The notes under the pieces are model-generated. The model was not told the origin of the DNA. It saw only the letters and a program-made list of their open reading frames with translations, and did not search any database. From a bacterium (lineage in GTDB: Bacteria > Synergistota > GBS-1), in the NCBI GenBank assembly GCA_030153785.1, contig JASKLF010000001.1, positions 128,001-192,000 of the forward strand: a DNA stretch of 64,000 nucleotides, written 5' to 3'. A program made the translations under genes and the position numbers. Below, piece by piece: positions 1 through 13,132 of the stretch (positions within the stretch are counted from its first letter, which is position 1; every line of letters starts with the position of its first letter).

Positions 1-388
1 TAGGAGAAACTATAACGATTTTATCGTCCTTTTTGGTTATAATAATACCAAGTCCACCATATTTCCCCTCCAATTGAATTTGTTCCTCTTTATACTCCTG
101 CGGATCTTCATACCTTGTATAAGGGTCTCCTAAAGCCTCCACCAAGCCCTTTAAAGCACCATATTTCAGTTTTTCAGGGTCAATCTTGTCTGGGTCCACA
201 TAGTAGTTTTTCAGTATGTTCCATAGCTGAACTATGCTACCTAAAAGATCCGTAGGCACGGCATTTTGTGGAAGGGGAACAGTAGTGACATTAGGAGCTG
301 TCGACGGCGTCTCTTGAGGGAAGGAAACCGAATTCAAAATAAGCAAAGAAAGTATCGCAAGCAGAAATACCCTATTTTTTAGTCTCAC
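1..388 (-). CDS. ctpA: S41 family C-terminal processing peptidase, 5' part (runs off window)
   Basis: Manual translation from GTG at 388: MRLKNRVFLLAILSLLIL...WNILKNYYVDPDKIDPEKLKYGALKGLVEALGDPYTRY...EGKYGGLGIIITKKDDKIVIVSP, the typical CtpA N-terminus leading into the PDZ domain. Not in the ORF track. Confidence 0.88.
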   Translation of the reverse strand, partial: MRLKNRVFLLAILSLLILNSVSFPQETPSTAPNVTTVPLPQNAVPTDLLGSIVQLWNILKNYYVDPDKIDPEKLKYGALKGLVEALGDPYTRYEDPQEYKEEQIQLEGKYGGLGIIITKKDDKIVIVSP

Positions 389-2114
389 GCTTTTCACTCC
401 CCTTCAAAAAATTTAAAGTTAATATCCAAAATAACTTATAAAGCTTCATGATCTTCTTCCATCTCCATGGCTCTTTTAAAGCCCTATACAACCATTCCAA
501 GCATAGTTTTCTATATATCAACGGAGCCCTTTTGACGTCTCCAGCCCAAACATCAAGGCTTCCCCCAACACCCATCATAATAGGAACCCCGAGCTTATCC
601 CTATTTTTGTAGATCCACTTTTCCTGTTTAGGAACACCCATGGCTACAAAAAGATAATCCGGTTTGGCCTGTCTTATTTTCTCTATCAGCTCTTTCTCTT
701 CAGCCTCATCGAAGTACCCATGATGAATCCCGACAATCTTTATTCCAGGAAAAGCAAGTTCTATATTCTTAGCTGCTCTTTCTGCCACTCCCCTTTTGCT
801 TCCAAGCAAGAAGACCTTTCTCCCATAGAAAGCTGCCCTCTCAAGTGAAGCATTCATAAGCTCGATACCGGGTAACCTCTCCCTAATAGGCTGACCCAGA
901 AGCTTAGAAATTATAACCACACCGATACCATCCGGAACTACCATATCAGCTTTTTCTAATATTTCCCTATATTCCCTGTCTTCCAAAGCTGTAAGAAGAG
1001 CAGGACTGTCAGGCGTAACTATTATATGACTAAAACCGTCCCTTAAAAAGGCTTCCATCCTACCCAAGGCATATTCAAGTGAGACATTATCTACTCTGAT
1101 TCCCAAAATATTCCTTCTCATTCCCAAATTGACCAAATGGGCCTTTCCACCTACAAATCTGACATAACCCTTGGCTAATACAAAAGCTCCCAGTAAAGAA
1201 AGCAAAACCAGCGAGGGTTTAGAATACTTAAATATCAAAACAGCACAAAAAGCAAAGTATAAGCTTAAAAGATTTATCAAAGCGGATATTTCTCTCTCTC
1301 CCAAGCCAAGAGAAATAAAGTATCTATACAAAGTTTTACTCCTCAAAACACCCGATGAAAGGGGATGGACATAACCAGAAACCAAAGCATAAGACATATT
1401 TACTATTGGAACAGCCAAAACAAGTATAGGGACAAGAAGTGTAAGAAACGCCGTTTTCTTAAGCACTCCAAGAATGGCCACAGATGCGAGTAAAAAACCT
1501 AACATTGTAGAAAGCTCATCCCCAAGTTGTTCATCTCCCTTAAACCAAAACAATGCCACACAGAACAAGAACACGAAGAGGGAGAGAGCAACCGCATCCC
1601 ATAACCCTTGATCCTGAATATATGCCACGATACAAAATACCAAAGAAGCTATAGAAGAAACCCCCAAAGCAGCTCCCCTTATTTCATCAAGAATTACTAT
1701 AGAATTAGAAACCACAGCAAACCATAAAATAGTTAGGGGGATAGACAAAGAGCTCAGATACCGATAGCCTCCGTCAGGTAGACTTAAGAAGTGAATGCGA
1801 ACACCACTATTAGCCAAATAAAGAGCTATACCACATAAAAATAATAGTCTTAAGCTTCTTAAGGTAGGATAAGCTTTCAGCACAAGCTCAACAAGAAAGA
1901 CAAGAACTCCTGAAAAGACCACGGGAGAAAGGTTCGGAAATCGAAAAACAAAAAGCAATGAGGAAGAAGTAAAAAGGAGGATGGAAAAAAGGGTTTTCAA
2001 GAACATAAATTTTTCCCTATCCTCTGAAGTCAAAGAACGACTACCGAACTTAGGAAGAACCGTAAATAGGAAAGACAAAGCAAAAATAAAAAGGACAAAG
2101 AGAATATACACCAT
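372..2114 (-). CDS. Fusion: MraY/TagO/WecA-like membrane domain + WecB/TagA/CpsF glycosyltransferase
   Basis: About 10 hydrophobic segments with a degenerate GT4 loop, followed by TagA motifs (VTPD, DGIGV, ERLPGIEL, GVPKQEKW, GVGGSLDV, LEWLYR). Confidence 0.8.
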   Translation of the reverse strand: MVYILFVLFIFALSFLFTVLPKFGSRSLTSEDREKFMFLKTLFSILLFTSSSLLFVFRFPNLSPVVFSGVLVFLVELVLKAYPTLRSLRLLFLCGIALYLANSGVRIHFLSLPDGGYRYLSSLSIPLTILWFAVVSNSIVILDEIRGAALGVSSIASLVFCIVAYIQDQGLWDAVALSLFVFLFCVALFWFKGDEQLGDELSTMLGFLLASVAILGVLKKTAFLTLLVPILVLAVPIVNMSYALVSGYVHPLSSGVLRSKTLYRYFISLGLGEREISALINLLSLYFAFCAVLIFKYSKPSLVLLSLLGAFVLAKGYVRFVGGKAHLVNLGMRRNILGIRVDNVSLEYALGRMEAFLRDGFSHIIVTPDSPALLTALEDREYREILEKADMVVPDGIGVVIISKLLGQPIRERLPGIELMNASLERAAFYGRKVFLLGSKRGVAERAAKNIELAFPGIKIVGIHHGYFDEAEEKELIEKIRQAKPDYLFVAMGVPKQEKWIYKNRDKLGVPIMMGVGGSLDVWAGDVKRAPLIYRKLCLEWLYRALKEPWRWKKIMKLYKLFWILTLNFLKGSEKRETKK

Positions 2115-2148
2115 TATTTATATCCCCCCTTGCGTGAACTCAAGCCTT

Positions 2149-2178
2149 ATTATAAGCTAATTATGGCTGTAGAGTCAA
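2149..2178 (-). promoter_or_regulatory. sigma70-type promoter for the tagA-fusion/ctpA operon
   Basis: TTGACT-18-TATAAT on the minus strand. Confidence 0.55.
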
Positions 2179-2201
2179 ATCCACAGGGGTGAAGATAAAC
2201 A

Positions 2202-4670
<2,469 letters not shown>

Positions 4671-4671
<1 letters not shown>

Positions 4672-5942
4672 CACCCCTTATATCTGAGACATATCATATG
4701 CCCCAGTTTCTCTGCCTTAGCCTTAAGATAATCCTCATTATAAGCATTAGGCTCAACCTCTATGGGAACCCTCTCCACCACTTTTAGGCCATATCCCTCA
4801 AGTCCTACTATCTTTCTTGGATTATTGGTTATAAGCCTTATGGTGGTGAGGCCTAAATCTGCAAGTATCTGGGCTCCTATACCATAATCCCTAAGGTCAG
4901 GAGGAAAGCCTAAAGCTATATTAGCATCTACAGTGTCGAAACCTTCCTCCTGAAGTTTATATGCTTTAAGCTTATTTATCAACCCTATTCCTCGCCCCTC
5001 TTGCCTCATGTAGAGCAAAACTCCCCTACCTTCCTCCTCTATCATCTGCATAGCCTTGTGGAGCTGATCACCACAGTCACACCTAAGAGAGTTAAAAACG
5101 TCACCAGTTAAGCATTCAGAGTGAACTCTCACAAGAACATTCTCCTTGCCAGCCACCTCTCCTTTGACCAAAGCTAAATGAAGAAGGTGATCATCATCTC
5201 TGTCTAAGATAGACCTATAGGCTATGGCTTTAAAGTGTCCCCATCTTGTGGGAAGGTCTACGCCGTCTACAACCCTTTCAACCAGCTTCTCTCTTTTAAA
5301 TCGATAGGCTATAAGATCTTTAATGGTGATTATCTTAAGCCCATGCCTTTTAGCAAATTCAAAAAGTTGGGGCAAGCGAGCCATCGTCCCATCATCGTTC
5401 ATTATCTCGCATATCACACCAGCGGGATATAAACCTGCAAGCCTCGCCAAATCAACGGCAGCTTCAGTATGACCAGCTCTTTTCAAAACTCCTCCCTCTC
5501 TCGCCATCAACAAAAATAGGTGACCCGGCCTTCTTAAGTCTTCTGGCTTAGTTTTGGGATCCAAAATCGTCTTAACCGTCAATGCCCTATCATAGGCCGA
5601 TATTCCCGTCGTAGTTCCATATTTAGCATCAACGGTCACAGTGAAAGCGGTCTCATGAGGATCCGTATTATCATTAACCATCAAAGGGATCTTCAACTCC
5701 TCAAGGCGTTCTCTTATAATTGGCATGCATATTAATCCCCTACCATATTTGGCCATAAAGTTTATAGCCTCTGGCGTAACCTTTTCGGCAGCCATCACCA
5801 GGTCTCCCTCATTTTCCCTATCTTCATCATCAACAACAATGATCATCTTTCCTTGGCGAATATCCTCTATAGCTTCTTCTATACTATTAAAGTTAAACTC
5901 GCTCATCCTTGAAAAATCACCTCTCTGATTAAACGAATCCAT
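4671..5942 (-). CDS. ribBA: Bifunctional DHBP synthase / GTP cyclohydrolase II (start may be ATG at 5906)
   Basis: [39 protein letters not shown]. Confidence 0.97.
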
Positions 5943-6567
5943 ATTTTTTCAAAAACTCCGTGGTTATACCTGCCTTTTCCTCTCTCTTCTCTCCCCTAAG
6001 CATTCTATGAATATACTTCCCCAATATATCGAACTCAAGATTAACCAAATCCCCCACCTTTCGATAACCAAGGTTGGTGACTCTTAATGTATGAGGAATC
6101 AAAGCAACCGAAAAGGAATTTCCCTCAACAGAAGCTATAGTCAAGCTAACTCCATCGATGGCTATCGAACCCTTGGGAACAACATATTCTGAAAATTCAT
6201 CAGGGATAGATAACCACATTCTCTGAGCCCCACTTTCAGGAACAAGCTGAGTAACCTTACCCATACAATCTACATGCCCCAAAACAAAGTGACCTTCCAG
6301 CCTGTCCCCTACCCTTAGGGGCCTTTCCAAGTTGACCTCGTCTCCGATCTTTAACAAAGAGAGATTTGTCCTCTCTAAGGTTTCCTTCATCACCTCTACG
6401 CTGAAAAGGCCTTTCTTAGAAAAGACAACGGTCAAACACGCACCATTGACAGCGATACTGGAGCCAATCTCCAACTGTGGAAGGCTCGAAGCTATTATTA
6501 GCCTCCAAACCCCTCTTTTCTCTATTTCTATAACTTTACCAGTGGTTTCAATAAGTCCCGTAAACAT
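5929..6567 (-). CDS. ribE: Riboflavin synthase alpha chain
   Basis: MFTGLIE N-terminus, [22 protein letters not shown]. Confidence 0.96.
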   Translation of the reverse strand: MFTGLIETTGKVIEIEKRGVWRLIIASSLPQLEIGSSIAVNGACLTVVFSKKGLFSVEVMKETLERTNLSLLKIGDEVNLERPLRVGDRLEGHFVLGHVDCMGKVTQLVPESGAQRMWLSIPDEFSEYVVPKGSIAIDGVSLTIASVEGNSFSVALIPHTLRVTNLGYRKVGDLVNLEFDILGKYIHRMLRGEKREEKAGITTEFLKKYGFV

Positions 6568-6585
6568 CTCTCCTCAGAGATTTTA

Positions 6586-7662
6586 TTATATCACATATCC
6601 TTCAAGCAAGACATCTTCACCAATCCTTCTTAAACTTAAATCCTTAATTTTTACAGAACTATCCAAAGAATCAACCTCAACTTCATCGAAGGGGCCGATA
6701 CCTTTACCAATTAGCTTTGGAGCCAGAAAATAAAAGAGCTTATCGGCTAACCTTCGCTTAATAAAAGAGGAAAATACGCCTCTACCGCCTTCGACTAAGA
6801 CGCTTGCTATGCCAAGCTCCCCCATCTTTTCCAACACACTCCTTAAATCCAAAAGGTTCCCCTCATATAAAGGCACCTCAATCAATTCGACCCCTAACCT
6901 TCTAAGCCTATTTAACTTTTCCTGAGATGCAAACTGGGAGTGAAAAACCATAACTTTACCCGCAGAGGAAAGGACCTTAGCATTTTCAGGAATCCTTAAG
7001 TAAGCATCAAGAATGACCCTTACAGGATTTCTTCCCTTAACAAGCCTCACGTTAAGCTCAGGGTCATCCGCCAGCACAGTACCTATGCCGACTAAAACGG
7101 CATCATAGAAAGCCCGAAGTTTGTGAACTAACCTTCTTGAGGGCAAAGAGGTTATCCACTTGGATTCGCCTTTCAAGGTAGCTATTTTCCCATCAAGAGT
7201 AGTAGCAACCTTTAAAGCAACAAAGGGTATCTTTTGGGTTATCCACTTAAAGAAAGCCTCGTTAAGTTTTTTCGCCTCCTTCTCAAGAACACCCACAGTT
7301 ACGCTAACACCCGATTCCCTTAAAAGCTTAACCCCCTTACCCGCAACAAGAGGATTAGGATCAAGCGTAGATATGACAACCCGCTTTATTCCAGCGCTTA
7401 CTATTCTTGGAGCACACGGAGGAGTCTTTCCAAAATGAGAGCAGGGCTCCAAGTTAACATATAAAGTGGCTCCCTTAGCGTCATCCCCTGCCTTATCCAA
7501 AGCAACAACCTCGGCGTGAGGTCCCCCATAATACTCATGGTATCCCTCGGCTATTATCTTTCCATCCTTAACCAATACCGCTCCAACCATAGGATTGGGA
7601 CTAACCTTTCCCGCCCCTCTTAGAGCCAACTTTAATGCTCTTCGCATAAAATATTCGTCCAA
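6586..7662 (-). CDS. ribD: Riboflavin biosynthesis deaminase/reductase (start corrected to TTG 7662 after GGAGG)
   Basis: PNPMVG, HAE, LEPCSHFGKTPPC, TLDGKIA, VEGG. Confidence 0.96.
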   Translation of the reverse strand: MDEYFMRRALKLALRGAGKVSPNPMVGAVLVKDGKIIAEGYHEYYGGPHAEVVALDKAGDDAKGATLYVNLEPCSHFGKTPPCAPRIVSAGIKRVVISTLDPNPLVAGKGVKLLRESGVSVTVGVLEKEAKKLNEAFFKWITQKIPFVALKVATTLDGKIATLKGESKWITSLPSRRLVHKLRAFYDAVLVGIGTVLADDPELNVRLVKGRNPVRVILDAYLRIPENAKVLSSAGKVMVFHSQFASQEKLNRLRRLGVELIEVPLYEGNLLDLRSVLEKMGELGIASVLVEGGRGVFSSFIKRRLADKLFYFLAPKLIGKGIGPFDEVEVDSLDSSVKIKDLSLRRIGEDVLLEGYVI

Positions 7663-7708
7663 AACCCCTGCACCTCCGCGAATAAATATATTATAATTAT
7701 ATGTTAAG

Positions 7709-8574
7709 ATGGGAGGACTATCATTAAAAAACAAAATCTTAACAAAAGTAAAAGACTTACCTACCTTACCTGAGGTCGCAACTAAAGTTATGGAAGTAGC
7801 TAATAACCCTCGTTCATCAGCCGCAGACATGGCAAAGGTAATCTCACAAGATCAAGCTCTAACAGCAAAAATCCTTAAGCTCGTAAACTCCGCTTACTAT
7901 GGATTTCCCAGAAAGATATCCACGGTAACACAGGCCATAGTAATTTTAGGTTTCAGGACAGTAAGGGATTTGGTTCTAAACATATCCATATCAGGGATGT
8001 TTAATTCCAAAAACGTTGGAGAACTTAGCGCTGAGGCATTATGGTTGCACAACTTAGGTGTAGCTGTAACAGCAAAAATATTGGCCAAAAGAATCGGTTA
8101 TGAACCCCTTGAAGAGGCCTTTACAGCAGGCCTTCTTCACGACTTGGGAAAGCTGGTTTTCATAAAGCTGTTTCCACGGGAATATGAAAAGATAGTAACG
8201 ATAGCCATAAACGGAAACAAGTGGATAAGGGATGTAGAAGAAAGCCTGCTTGAAGTAGACCACGCTCTAATTGGGAAGTGGGTGTCAGAAAACTGGAAAT
8301 TTCCTCCACAGCTTGTCCGCGCCATCCAATTACATCATCAACCTGAAATCGACAATGAGTATCCAGAGCTCACTTCTATAGTTCATGGCGCTGATGTCTT
8401 AACGAGAATCAAAAAATAGGAAGCGGTGGAGACAATCAGATACCTTCATTTAAAAAAGACGCATGGGTTTTACTTAAGCTTAGACCCCAGGATTTAAACG
8501 ATATATATGCAGAAATAGATAGGGAAATTAAAGAAGCAATATCTTTCTTGAAAATATTAAGGGGGAAGGAATAA
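7709..8574 (+). pseudogene. HDOD domain protein, frameshifted in the A6 run at 8411-8416 (real lesion or sequencing error)
   Basis: LPTLPEV, DQALTAKILKLVNS, GLLHDLGK, HALIG and HH motifs. The -1 frame continues IGSGGDNQIP...LRGKE* to a TAA at 8574, 2 nt before the next ATG. Confidence 0.75.
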
Positions 8575-8576
8575 AA

Positions 8577-10136
8577 ATGGAAGATATGGAAAGAAGATTA
8601 ACAGAGTTAAGGCAAGCCTATGAAGAGTTAGTTAGACTATACAGGTTAACGGAAGAGGTGGGGCTTGCCTCTTCCATAGAAAATATAAAGGAAACCTTAC
8701 TAAGGTATGTAGATAGACTTGCTCCATCAATAAACGAAAAATACTTGATTTTAGATAAAGATGTTCCTTCAGAAATCTCAAACAAGTGGCAAGAATGGGA
8801 AAAAGAGGGATTAATAGAATGGATAAAGGGTAGAGGCAAAACCACAATAATCCCTGAGGATGACCTAACATACGTTATTACTCCTCTCACCGTTCAAAGC
8901 AAAGTCATAGGAATGTTAGTGGTATCTACTTCGGCCTGTCTCGAGAACTTTAACCAACAGGTTTTAAACCTTCTCGACACAATAGCACACCAGTGTGCTG
9001 TGGGAATAGAAAACATACGATTACATAAAGAAATTGAGGATATGCGAAACTTTTTAGAAGACCTATTTAATCAGCTACCCCAAGGGATATTGGTAGTGGA
9101 GATGAACGGCAAAATCAAGAGCATTAACAGGAAATTGCTGGAACTATTGGGGACGGAGGAGAAAAGTCTCTCTAAGTATGTTGGAAAGCGCCTAAGAGAA
9201 GTTTTTCCTGATGTCTTTTCCCTAAAATTAGAGGAAATAATAACGGAAACCCTGATAAAGGGAAACATAGAGGAAGAGGAGTTCACTTACCAGAAAAATG
9301 AAAAGGAAGTCCCTTTTAGCATTAGCGCCACATTGTTTAAGCAGGAACAGGAACAAGGGATCATCCTAATCATAAGAGACATATCTGAAAGTAAGGAATT
9401 AGAAAAATTAAGAAGATTAGATAAGTTAAAGAGCGAATTTATATCCTCCGTAAGCCATGAACTTAAAACCCCTCTCACAGCAATTAAAGGATTTATTGAG
9501 CTCCTCCTCGATGATGAGGAAGCCTTACCATCGGAAAATGCAAGGATCTACCTAAACTTTATGAATGAAGAGATAAATAACCTAACTCAGCTTATAAACG
9601 AACTCCTCGACTTTTCGAAACTTGAAGCAAACCAGTTCCACATCGACATGCAACAAATCAATATAGGCGAGCTTATCGAAAAAGCTGTATCCATGTTTGA
9701 TAAAGAAGCCCGGGAAAAGGGCATAACCATTCACAGGGAAGTCAATGGTAACATCCCACCAATAAAGGGAGATAAAGGGAAGCTCCTTCATGTGCTCACA
9801 AATCTTATAGATAACGCTATAAAATACATAGGAACCGGAAGGAACATCTGGCTAAGAGTAGATCCTGACAATGGAAGAGGAGTAACAATATGTGTGGAAG
9901 ATGAAGGGATAGGCATTCCAAAAGAAAGCATACCCTATATATTCGACAAGTTCTACAGGGTAGAGAGCGACTACTCTCATAAAGTACGGGGACTGGGCCT
10001 TGGGCTGTCTATAGCAAAGCAATTTGTGGAAGCGCATAGAGGGAAAATATGGGTGGAGAGCGAACCCGGCAAAGGGTCAAAGTTTTTCATATACTTGCCA
10101 ACCTTTACCGAGGGGGAAGAGAGCTTAAATGGGTAA
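8577..10136 (+). CDS. Cytoplasmic GAF/PAS sensor histidine kinase
   Basis: H-box SHELKTPL, N-box NLIDNAIKY, DEGIG, FDKFYRV, GLGLGL. No TM segments. Confidence 0.93.
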   Translation: MEDMERRLTELRQAYEELVRLYRLTEEVGLASSIENIKETLLRYVDRLAPSINEKYLILDKDVPSEISNKWQEWEKEGLIEWIKGRGKTTIIPEDDLTYVITPLTVQSKVIGMLVVSTSACLENFNQQVLNLLDTIAHQCAVGIENIRLHKEIEDMRNFLEDLFNQLPQGILVVEMNGKIKSINRKLLELLGTEEKSLSKYVGKRLREVFPDVFSLKLEEIITETLIKGNIEEEEFTYQKNEKEVPFSISATLFKQEQEQGIILIIRDISESKELEKLRRLDKLKSEFISSVSHELKTPLTAIKGFIELLLDDEEALPSENARIYLNFMNEEINNLTQLINELLDFSKLEANQFHIDMQQINIGELIEKAVSMFDKEAREKGITIHREVNGNIPPIKGDKGKLLHVLTNLIDNAIKYIGTGRNIWLRVDPDNGRGVTICVEDEGIGIPKESIPYIFDKFYRVESDYSHKVRGLGLGLSIAKQFVEAHRGKIWVESEPGKGSKFFIYLPTFTEGEESLNG

Positions 10137-10959
10137 CCAGAAGGAAAAAATAATAGTAGCCGAGGACGATAGTAAGATTCAAATGGTTATAAAGGGAGCT
10201 CTTGAAAAAGAGGGATACGAGGTTCTAACCGCAAAAGACGGGATTGAAGCCATAAACATCCTTCAAGAGAATCCAGATACTGTGGCTATCGTAACTGACA
10301 TCGCAATGCCACGAATGACCGGACTAGAACTGCTTGAAGATATAAGAAAAAACGGACCTAATCCTGAAATTCCTGTACTCATGCTAAGCGCCCATCATAC
10401 AAAAGAAAACATATTAAAAGCAAAGGAACTTGGAATAAACGAATTCTTAGTCAAACCCTTTTCCCTAAAGGACCTTATAATCCGAGTAAATAGAATGCTG
10501 GGAAAAGAAATACCTCCGGACCCCCCTCACGCGACACAAGAAAATCAACAGCAAGAGGAAAAAAAACCGACGCCCAGTTTAAACAAGAAAATCCTCGCTA
10601 TTGACGATTCCAAGATTATCTTAAAAATAATAGAAAGTACTCTTACAAAGGCAGGGTTTCAAGTAATAACAGCGGAAAATGGAAAACAAGGCCTTCTTAA
10701 AGCGAAAGCCGAAAAACCAGACCTCATACTAACCGATATAATGATGCCCGAGATGGATGGCTTGACCTTCTGTGAAGAAATAAGAAAAGATCCAGCTTTC
10801 CAAAAAACACCAATAATAATAGTAAGCGCGAAAGGACAAAAGCAAGATGTCCTTGAAGCCTTAAAGAGAGGAGCTAACGGCTATATAGTAAAACCCTTTA
10901 GCTCAAAAGACCTGATCCTCAGAGTAAAAAGCATGCTTGGCTTAAAGAATTCTACTTAA
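10129..10959 (+). CDS. Response regulator with two tandem receiver domains and no output domain
   Basis: Two copies of (E/D)D..D-x-x-MP..SA..KPF joined by a Pro/Gln linker. Confidence 0.9.
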   Translation: MGNQKEKIIVAEDDSKIQMVIKGALEKEGYEVLTAKDGIEAINILQENPDTVAIVTDIAMPRMTGLELLEDIRKNGPNPEIPVLMLSAHHTKENILKAKELGINEFLVKPFSLKDLIIRVNRMLGKEIPPDPPHATQENQQQEEKKPTPSLNKKILAIDDSKIILKIIESTLTKAGFQVITAENGKQGLLKAKAEKPDLILTDIMMPEMDGLTFCEEIRKDPAFQKTPIIIVSAKGQKQDVLEALKRGANGYIVKPFSSKDLILRVKSMLGLKNST

Positions 10960-11590
10960 AGTCGCAGATTGATATTTCCAACCCCTTTAAGGCTTCAAGA
11001 AACTTGGGTTCATCGAGCTCATCAACTTTAACTACAACTCTTGCCTTTCCTTCATGAGGAGAAGGGTAAGTAGCAAGAGCAATTATGTTACCTCCATATC
11101 TCGCTATAAGTTGGGTTAGCTGAGCTAATACCCCTTTCTTATCGGGAAGCTCAAAAACAAACCTACGGCCATCCCGCCCAGCTCCAAGAAGTCTCAATAG
11201 GATTTTAAAGATGTCCGTCTCTGTGATTATTCCCACAAGGCCTCCATCACGCATAACGGGAAGCCCTCCTACCTTTCTATCTGCCATTATTTTAGCGGCC
11301 TCTTCTATAGGAATGTCTTCTGAAACAGTAACCACATCTTTAGTCATTATATCTTTAACTTGGAGCTTGCTTAAAAGATAACTTAGCTCCCATATATCAA
11401 GAGTTGTAGCCTTCGAGGGTGAGGCATAAAGTAGGTCCTTCTCTGTAACTATGCCAACAAGCTTGCCTTCTTCATTGACAACAGGCAACCTTCTAATACC
11501 TTTATCTCTTATCAACTTAAGAGCATCCTGAAAGGAGGTTTCCGGCTTGATGGTTATAGGATTAGGGGTCATCACATCTTTTACCAGCAA
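10952..11590 (-). CDS. acuB: CBS-pair + ACT domain protein (AcuB-like)
   Basis: Two CBS repeats (IRRLPVV, GIITETD) and a C-terminal ACT domain (DKKGVLAQL). Confidence 0.8.
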   Translation of the reverse strand: MLVKDVMTPNPITIKPETSFQDALKLIRDKGIRRLPVVNEEGKLVGIVTEKDLLYASPSKATTLDIWELSYLLSKLQVKDIMTKDVVTVSEDIPIEEAAKIMADRKVGGLPVMRDGGLVGIITETDIFKILLRLLGAGRDGRRFVFELPDKKGVLAQLTQLIARYGGNIIALATYPSPHEGKARVVVKVDELDEPKFLEALKGLEISICDFK

Positions 11591-11596
11591 GACCTA

Positions 11597-13132
11597 TCAC
11601 CTCCACTTAAGCTCTATATTCTCCTCTTGTGGGTATATTATCTTGTAAGAGAAGGTAACCTTCTTCTCCTCCCCTGGACTAAGCTTCAACCTCCATCTTA
11701 TTTGCCCCATACCCGTTTGCTCCGCTTCTTTAGGAGTAATCCTCCCCAGCTCAACCCTTATCCTCGAATCCATAGAGACGGGGAAAACATCCTCTAACAA
11801 AAGATCGATTTCTTCGCCGGTCAGATTTTTCACACCAATCTCATAAGCATACTCTCTAACGCTGGATTTATCTATTATTCCTTTAGCAGTTTCACCAAGC
11901 TTTGTCGCCTTTCTCTCAACCTCGATTCTCTCATCGCTACCGAAGCTGATCTTGTAAAGACCGTTACGGCTCATTCCCTCTATCTCTTCGCTACCTAAAA
12001 ATGTCTCCCCTACCCAAAACTCCGACTCGCCAGGCAGAAAATCAAAGGGAGAGACAAGTCTAAAGGATGCCATTCTGTAAACAGAAGTATCCAGATACGG
12101 TCTACAAAGATAAAAAATCTCATCAATGGGTAGCTCTCCCTTCCAAACTAAAACCCTTCGTTTTTCTCCCGTGGAAGGAAGAGAGGTTACTTGCTTTAAA
12201 TCTATTTTTACCCCCAGTTCCGTCTCTTTAAAAGAAACCCCCTTTTCCTCAAGCTGTGGCGGAGCCATACTAAACATTAACTTATCTACCCTTTCCCCCT
12301 TAAAGGCTTCCTTCTCAGATATGTCAACAAGCAAGCTCCGTTCCTCAGGTGGAGATAGGGAAACCCCTTCCCTAATGGAAGCCAATGTTACATGAGCTTC
12401 CTCCCAATCTCGACCGGTCTTTTGCCATAGATTAGCATAAGTCTCAACAACGAGTTTCTTCTCGGAAGGTCTTAGAACGAACTTGTAGGTGGGAAACCAT
12501 CCGGCTCGGGGGGAGTAATAAGAATAAAAAAGCTTCCCACCTTTCGTATTCCCACTTAACTTTAAATAAGCTACTATTTTTCTTCTTGAAGCAGGGGTAT
12601 CTATCTCCTTAAGCCTTTGCTTCAGTAAGGCAATCTTTTTATCCAACTCTCCTATTTTCTTATCCAGATCTTTTACTTCAGAAAAGTGCTTCTCTGTCCT
12701 ATCCTCGACCAGGCTTATCCAAGCATGGGCATCGCTCGGATTATCTATCTGAACCTTATCCATCAGACCCCTAAGAATCTCAAAAGATGCATCACTAATT
12801 TTCTTTTTTAGTAAAAGCTTCTCTTTCTCTTCCTCAAGCTTCCTTATTTCATCTTTCAACTCCTTTATAGCAGGAACCTCGTCATCGGAAAGATAAAGAT
12901 TCGTAAAAGATACGGAGTCAACATAAAATCCCTCTGAAGTCATCCTAAGACTTTTAACAGACACATCGTAAGGAAGCTCAAGCTTGTATTCTGAAGCTCC
13001 AGGTGGAATAACGACCTCTTCGCTCACCAAGACTCCATCTTGGTACAATTCAACTTTTAAGAGAGCATGAGCAAGATGAGGGAAAAGCAAAATCCCAAGA
13101 AGTAGTAACCAAATTGATATAAACTCCTTCAT
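11597..13132 (-). CDS. Secreted DUF4140/DUF4139 (MuiA-like) protein
   Basis: Signal peptide, coiled coil, AGWFPTY and WQKTGRDW motifs, WRLKLSPGEEK C-terminus. Confidence 0.75.
   Translation of the reverse strand: MKEFISIWLLLLGILLFPHLAHALLKVELYQDGVLVSEEVVIPPGASEYKLELPYDVSVKSLRMTSEGFYVDSVSFTNLYLSDDEVPAIKELKDEIRKLEEEKEKLLLKKKISDASFEILRGLMDKVQIDNPSDAHAWISLVEDRTEKHFSEVKDLDKKIGELDKKIALLKQRLKEIDTPASRRKIVAYLKLSGNTKGGKLFYSYYSPRAGWFPTYKFVLRPSEKKLVVETYANLWQKTGRDWEEAHVTLASIREGVSLSPPEERSLLVDISEKEAFKGERVDKLMFSMAPPQLEEKGVSFKETELGVKIDLKQVTSLPSTGEKRRVLVWKGELPIDEIFYLCRPYLDTSVYRMASFRLVSPFDFLPGESEFWVGETFLGSEEIEGMSRNGLYKISFGSDERIEVERKATKLGETAKGIIDKSSVREYAYEIGVKNLTGEEIDLLLEDVFPVSMDSRIRVELGRITPKEAEQTGMGQIRWRLKLSPGEEKKVTFSYKIIYPQEENIELKWR

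Noticed and set aside
7663..7830. N-terminal extension of RibD
   Set aside because: It overlaps the divergent HDOD gene; an RBS supports TTG 7662.
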